Shown here: positions 60,747 to 64,000 of the stretch, in pieces | Layout of the letters: each line of letters begins with the position of its first letter | Numbering within the stretch: position 1 is the stretch's first letter | Origin: Sphaerodactylus townsendi | Taxonomy: Eukaryota | Assembly (NCBI RefSeq): GCF_021028975.2 | Contig: NC_059439.1 | Span: 23,684,001 to 23,748,000, forward strand | Direction of reading: 5' to 3' | Length of the DNA: 64,000 nt | Made by a program: the position numbers and the translations under genes | Notes under the pieces: generated by a model | Seen by the model: the letters and a program-made list of their open reading frames with translations, nothing else | The model's database searches: none | What the model was told of the DNA's origin: nothing

Positions 60747-63201
60747 TAAGTGATCCTGACCCAAGTGCCCTGTTTTTTTTCCATATCTACCATTATGTAC
60801 ATACTTCTCCAATGATGAATGGTATTGCCAGAGGAATTAACAGTTTAATCACATGTATTTGATATGGTTTATCCATCAGTTAAGCAATGAAATTGCCAGG
60901 ATGTGCTCCTTCCTTCCATCAACATGCCATGAGGTGGGATATTCACACCTAATCAGGGAGGGAGATGCATTCTTCCCCTCTGCTACGTGAATGGACTTCC
61001 TTTCTCTCCCTTTGATGCTGGCCACTTAGATAAGTAGAAACGGCTCTGGTGCCAGCTCTGAAGGATTATCAGGGGGCTAGATTATCATTTCTCTGGCCTT
61101 GGGAAACTCGCCTCCCCAAAGGCTCTTTCTTTCAGCTGTGTCTTTCTCACATTCCATGGGGGATGGGAAGAGGGAGATAGAGGCATGACAAGGGGATAAA
61201 ATCAAGTACTATTGTAAGCAAGATCAGAACTGTCTTTTGCAAAGCCAGGTGCGTGCTGCTGTTATCCATAAACGCTTCTGATCCTGAATCCAGAGTCTCA
61301 CATGGACTTCAGTCATAGAACCTGATAGAAATCACCAGATGAGACAATGCTTTCTGTGTATAAGAGGAAGAAATGCTTCTCTTAGGATGGCCCTTGGAAA
61401 CTGCAGTTTCGAAAATTATCGGTATTTGAAAAGATAGGTTGGATCCAAAGCACCACAGGAGGACCTCTCTCCCTTCCATTGTAGATCACAGCTCCCTCCG
61501 CCCCCCAAAAAACCTTATGGAAAATGATGGTAATATATCTGTTCACTCAGCCAGATCAACTTTGCAGTATTCTCACACCAGAAGTTCCCAGAAGAGATCA
61601 CCCAGCAGCATAAACCACGTCAACTGTGTTTGGTGAACAGACAGGACTCAGAAGCAAGATCACTCCTTCCTATATGAATGTGACTAAGAAACCATTTGTA
61701 CTGCTGATGAACGAGTAACAGAAGGGGCTGACTATGTAAACGTTAGAGATGCCAGTAAGTTCAGATTTATTTTATTTGAAAACTTCTGTTGGTATTCTGA
61801 AGGAGAGGGTAAGAGAATGTCTAGAAGTTCTTACTAATGCTAAGCCATTTTTAGAGCTGGATTATTCGTCAAGATTGTTGAATTTTAACAACACAACTTG
61901 AATTCATGCATCTTGCATTGGATTCAGTTTGACAGTTTTAAGAAGGAGCTAAGATCTGCCTTAGGAATCAATGGGACATGAAAAAGTGGTAGATCCTGTA
62001 GTTAGCTTCACATAGTACTTTACAGTACATCTGGACATTTTCTCATACCAGAAAAGAACCTTGATCTCTAAGCAAATATTTCAGGCCTTTGATCACTTGG
62101 TTCATTTGTACAGAAGTTTGTTTGTTGTTGGGTATTTTGTTTTGTTTTTGCACCACTTTTCATTGAGACAGAAGTAAGCACCATAGTCCAGTCCTAACTA
62201 TATGTATGTACATCTGCATAAGTGGATGGATGTCCCCATTGATATCAGAAAAGATTGTTGATGTCCGTGTGCTATGTTTCTTGTGTTTAATGTTGGGTTT
62301 AGGTATTGTTACTCAAAATGGTGAGAATTTGTCCTTTTAGAGTTGGGGAATTAGCGAGAGCAGGTTCTTGGCAGGGGTTGGGCAAAAGTGGAATTTTTGT
62401 TGCCTGTATTGACTATAGGAAGGGTTGCTTTGACAAAGAATCCACAGGCAAGCAAAGTAAGTTTAACTTTTTTTTAAAAAAAGAAACAATAATAAACATA
62501 CAAGCACACAATAATCAATGCAGCAGAACATACACAGCCCTAGAATAAAAACAGTTTAAATGGGATAAGTTGGGAATAGCGGAGGCATTGGAGGATATAT
62601 GTAATAGTCACCGGATCTTGGAGCAGAATGGTCCAATGAGCAGATCTGAGAAATCTGCGCTAACTTTGGTAGAGGCAAGGACAATACGTTGGGGACAATA
62701 TCAGCAGATAGAGAGGTGTCCAGAGATATTGAACACTGGGTGGTGGGACAGGGAGCATCTTATAGGGAAAGAGGACCTTCCAGCTTTCTTCAAAGTGACC
62801 CTTAAGCTCCCAACACAAAAGGGAAGTTCAACTTTTCAGGGAAAGAAAAGAGTGAAGTGATCCACTGGAGTGGACAATACTCAAGTTGATGAGTGAAGTA
62901 CTTAAAATAATATTTGGCAGTTAGCATTGATGGGCTAGGCAAGGGAGTGACTCAATCATGGCTGCAAAACAATGAGAATGTAAATAAGGTGGTCCTTTGG
63001 AGAGAAAGTAGAAATTAGAAAAGAGGACGTTTAAGGTTAGTGCAGTGCTGGCAGGTACATTTGGGGCAATTACATTTGCAAGTCTTTCTTTGAGTGAAGA
63101 GGATAGACAAGGGCTGAAGATGGGAAATGAGGCTCCAAGGCAGAGGTATTGCTTTTGGGTATAATTCTTCATTTTATGTGTATTTTCTTTTATTTTCCAG
63201 G

Positions 63202-64000
63202 ATGTCAACTGAGAAAGAAAATATTCTACAGAATAGCACAGCACAGTTTGAATTCATCCTTCTGGGTCTTTCTGATAAGCCCAACGTGCAAAGCATATTA
63301 TTTGCCATTTTTCTAGTGACCTATATCATCATTCTGGCAGGAAATCTCCTCATCATTCTCCTCACGTTGCTGGATCCAGCCCTTCACACACCCATGTATT
63401 TCTTCTTGAGAAACCTGTCCTTCTTAGAGATCTGTTACACATCAGCCAATATCCCAAAAATGCTTCGGAATCTTATGTCTGGGAACAAGTCCATCTCTTT
63501 CCTCGGATGTGCTGCACAGAATTATTTTACACTCTTTCTTGGTGGTTCAGAATGTTTCCTCTTGGCTTCAATGGCCTACGATCGCTATGTTGCTATATGT
63601 AAGCCCCTTCACTACCATGACTTCATGAACAGCAAAGTGTGCATGGGGCTAGCTGTGGCATCTTGGTTAAGTGGCTTTATGTCCTTTGGTCTCACCAGTA
63701 TGGTGTTTACCTTGTCCTTTTGTGGGTCCAATGAGATTAACCACTTCATTTGTGACATCCCCCCATTACTGAAATTGGCTTGTGGGGACACTTCCAGGAC
63801 AGAAATAGCTGTGTTTGTATTAGCAATTATATTTATAACTTTTCCATTTGTCTTGATCTTCATGTCTTATGCTGGAATCATTGCTGCCATTCTGGGAATT
63901 TCTTCTGCGGAGGGCCGAAAAAAGGCTTTCTCCACCTGCTCATCACACCTCACTGTGGTGATCTTATTCTATGGTTCAGCTTGTATTACTTACTTGAATC
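63202..64000 (+). CDS. Olfactory receptor (OR10-like, type B), cut by the window end
   Basis: ATG after ttttccag|g; MSTEKENILQNSTAQFEFILLGLS..., MAYDRYVAIC, KAFSTCSSHL; no stop noticed before 64000. Confidence 0.92.
   Translation, partial: MSTEKENILQNSTAQFEFILLGLSDKPNVQSILFAIFLVTYIIILAGNLLIILLTLLDPALHTPMYFFLRNLSFLEICYTSANIPKMLRNLMSGNKSISFLGCAAQNYFTLFLGGSECFLLASMAYDRYVAICKPLHYHDFMNSKVCMGLAVASWLSGFMSFGLTSMVFTLSFCGSNEINHFICDIPPLLKLACGDTSRTEIAVFVLAIIFITFPFVLIFMSYAGIIAAILGISSAEGRKKAFSTCSSHLTVVILFYGSACITYLN

Noticed and set aside
62306-62930. Possible solo LTR upstream of the last OR
   Set aside because: It starts tgttac and is absent from the paralog, but no convincing 3' terminus or TSD could be found.

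Overview
Vertebrate genomic DNA, most likely a squamate (gecko-like, judged from its repeat content). The window is a chemoreceptor cluster. Three near-identical OR10-like olfactory receptor (OR) genes lie on the minus strand (two intact, one with a 1-bp frameshift). A six-exon vomeronasal type-2 receptor (V2R, class C GPCR) gene lies on the plus strand, head-to-head with the third OR, and has an indel cluster in its 7TM exon. Four more OR10-like genes follow on the plus strand as a duplicated A-B pair, the last running off the window. The main structural observation is that each minus-strand OR unit carries a relic of the V2R gene (5' leader or intron 2). This implies the duplicating module was an OR+V2R head-to-head cassette whose V2R copies were later deleted. 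A homeodomain + O/E(EBF)-like motif cluster sits midway between the two start codons. Intergenic DNA is dense with mobile elements, many with TSDs confirmed against empty sites in paralogous units: RTE-X-like, L2 and CR1 LINEs, PIF/Harbinger-type MITEs, hAT elements, DIRS/Ngaro-like and Penelope-like relics, tRNA- and 5S-derived SINEs, and a solo LTR. All family names come from motif recognition by eye, not database searches.
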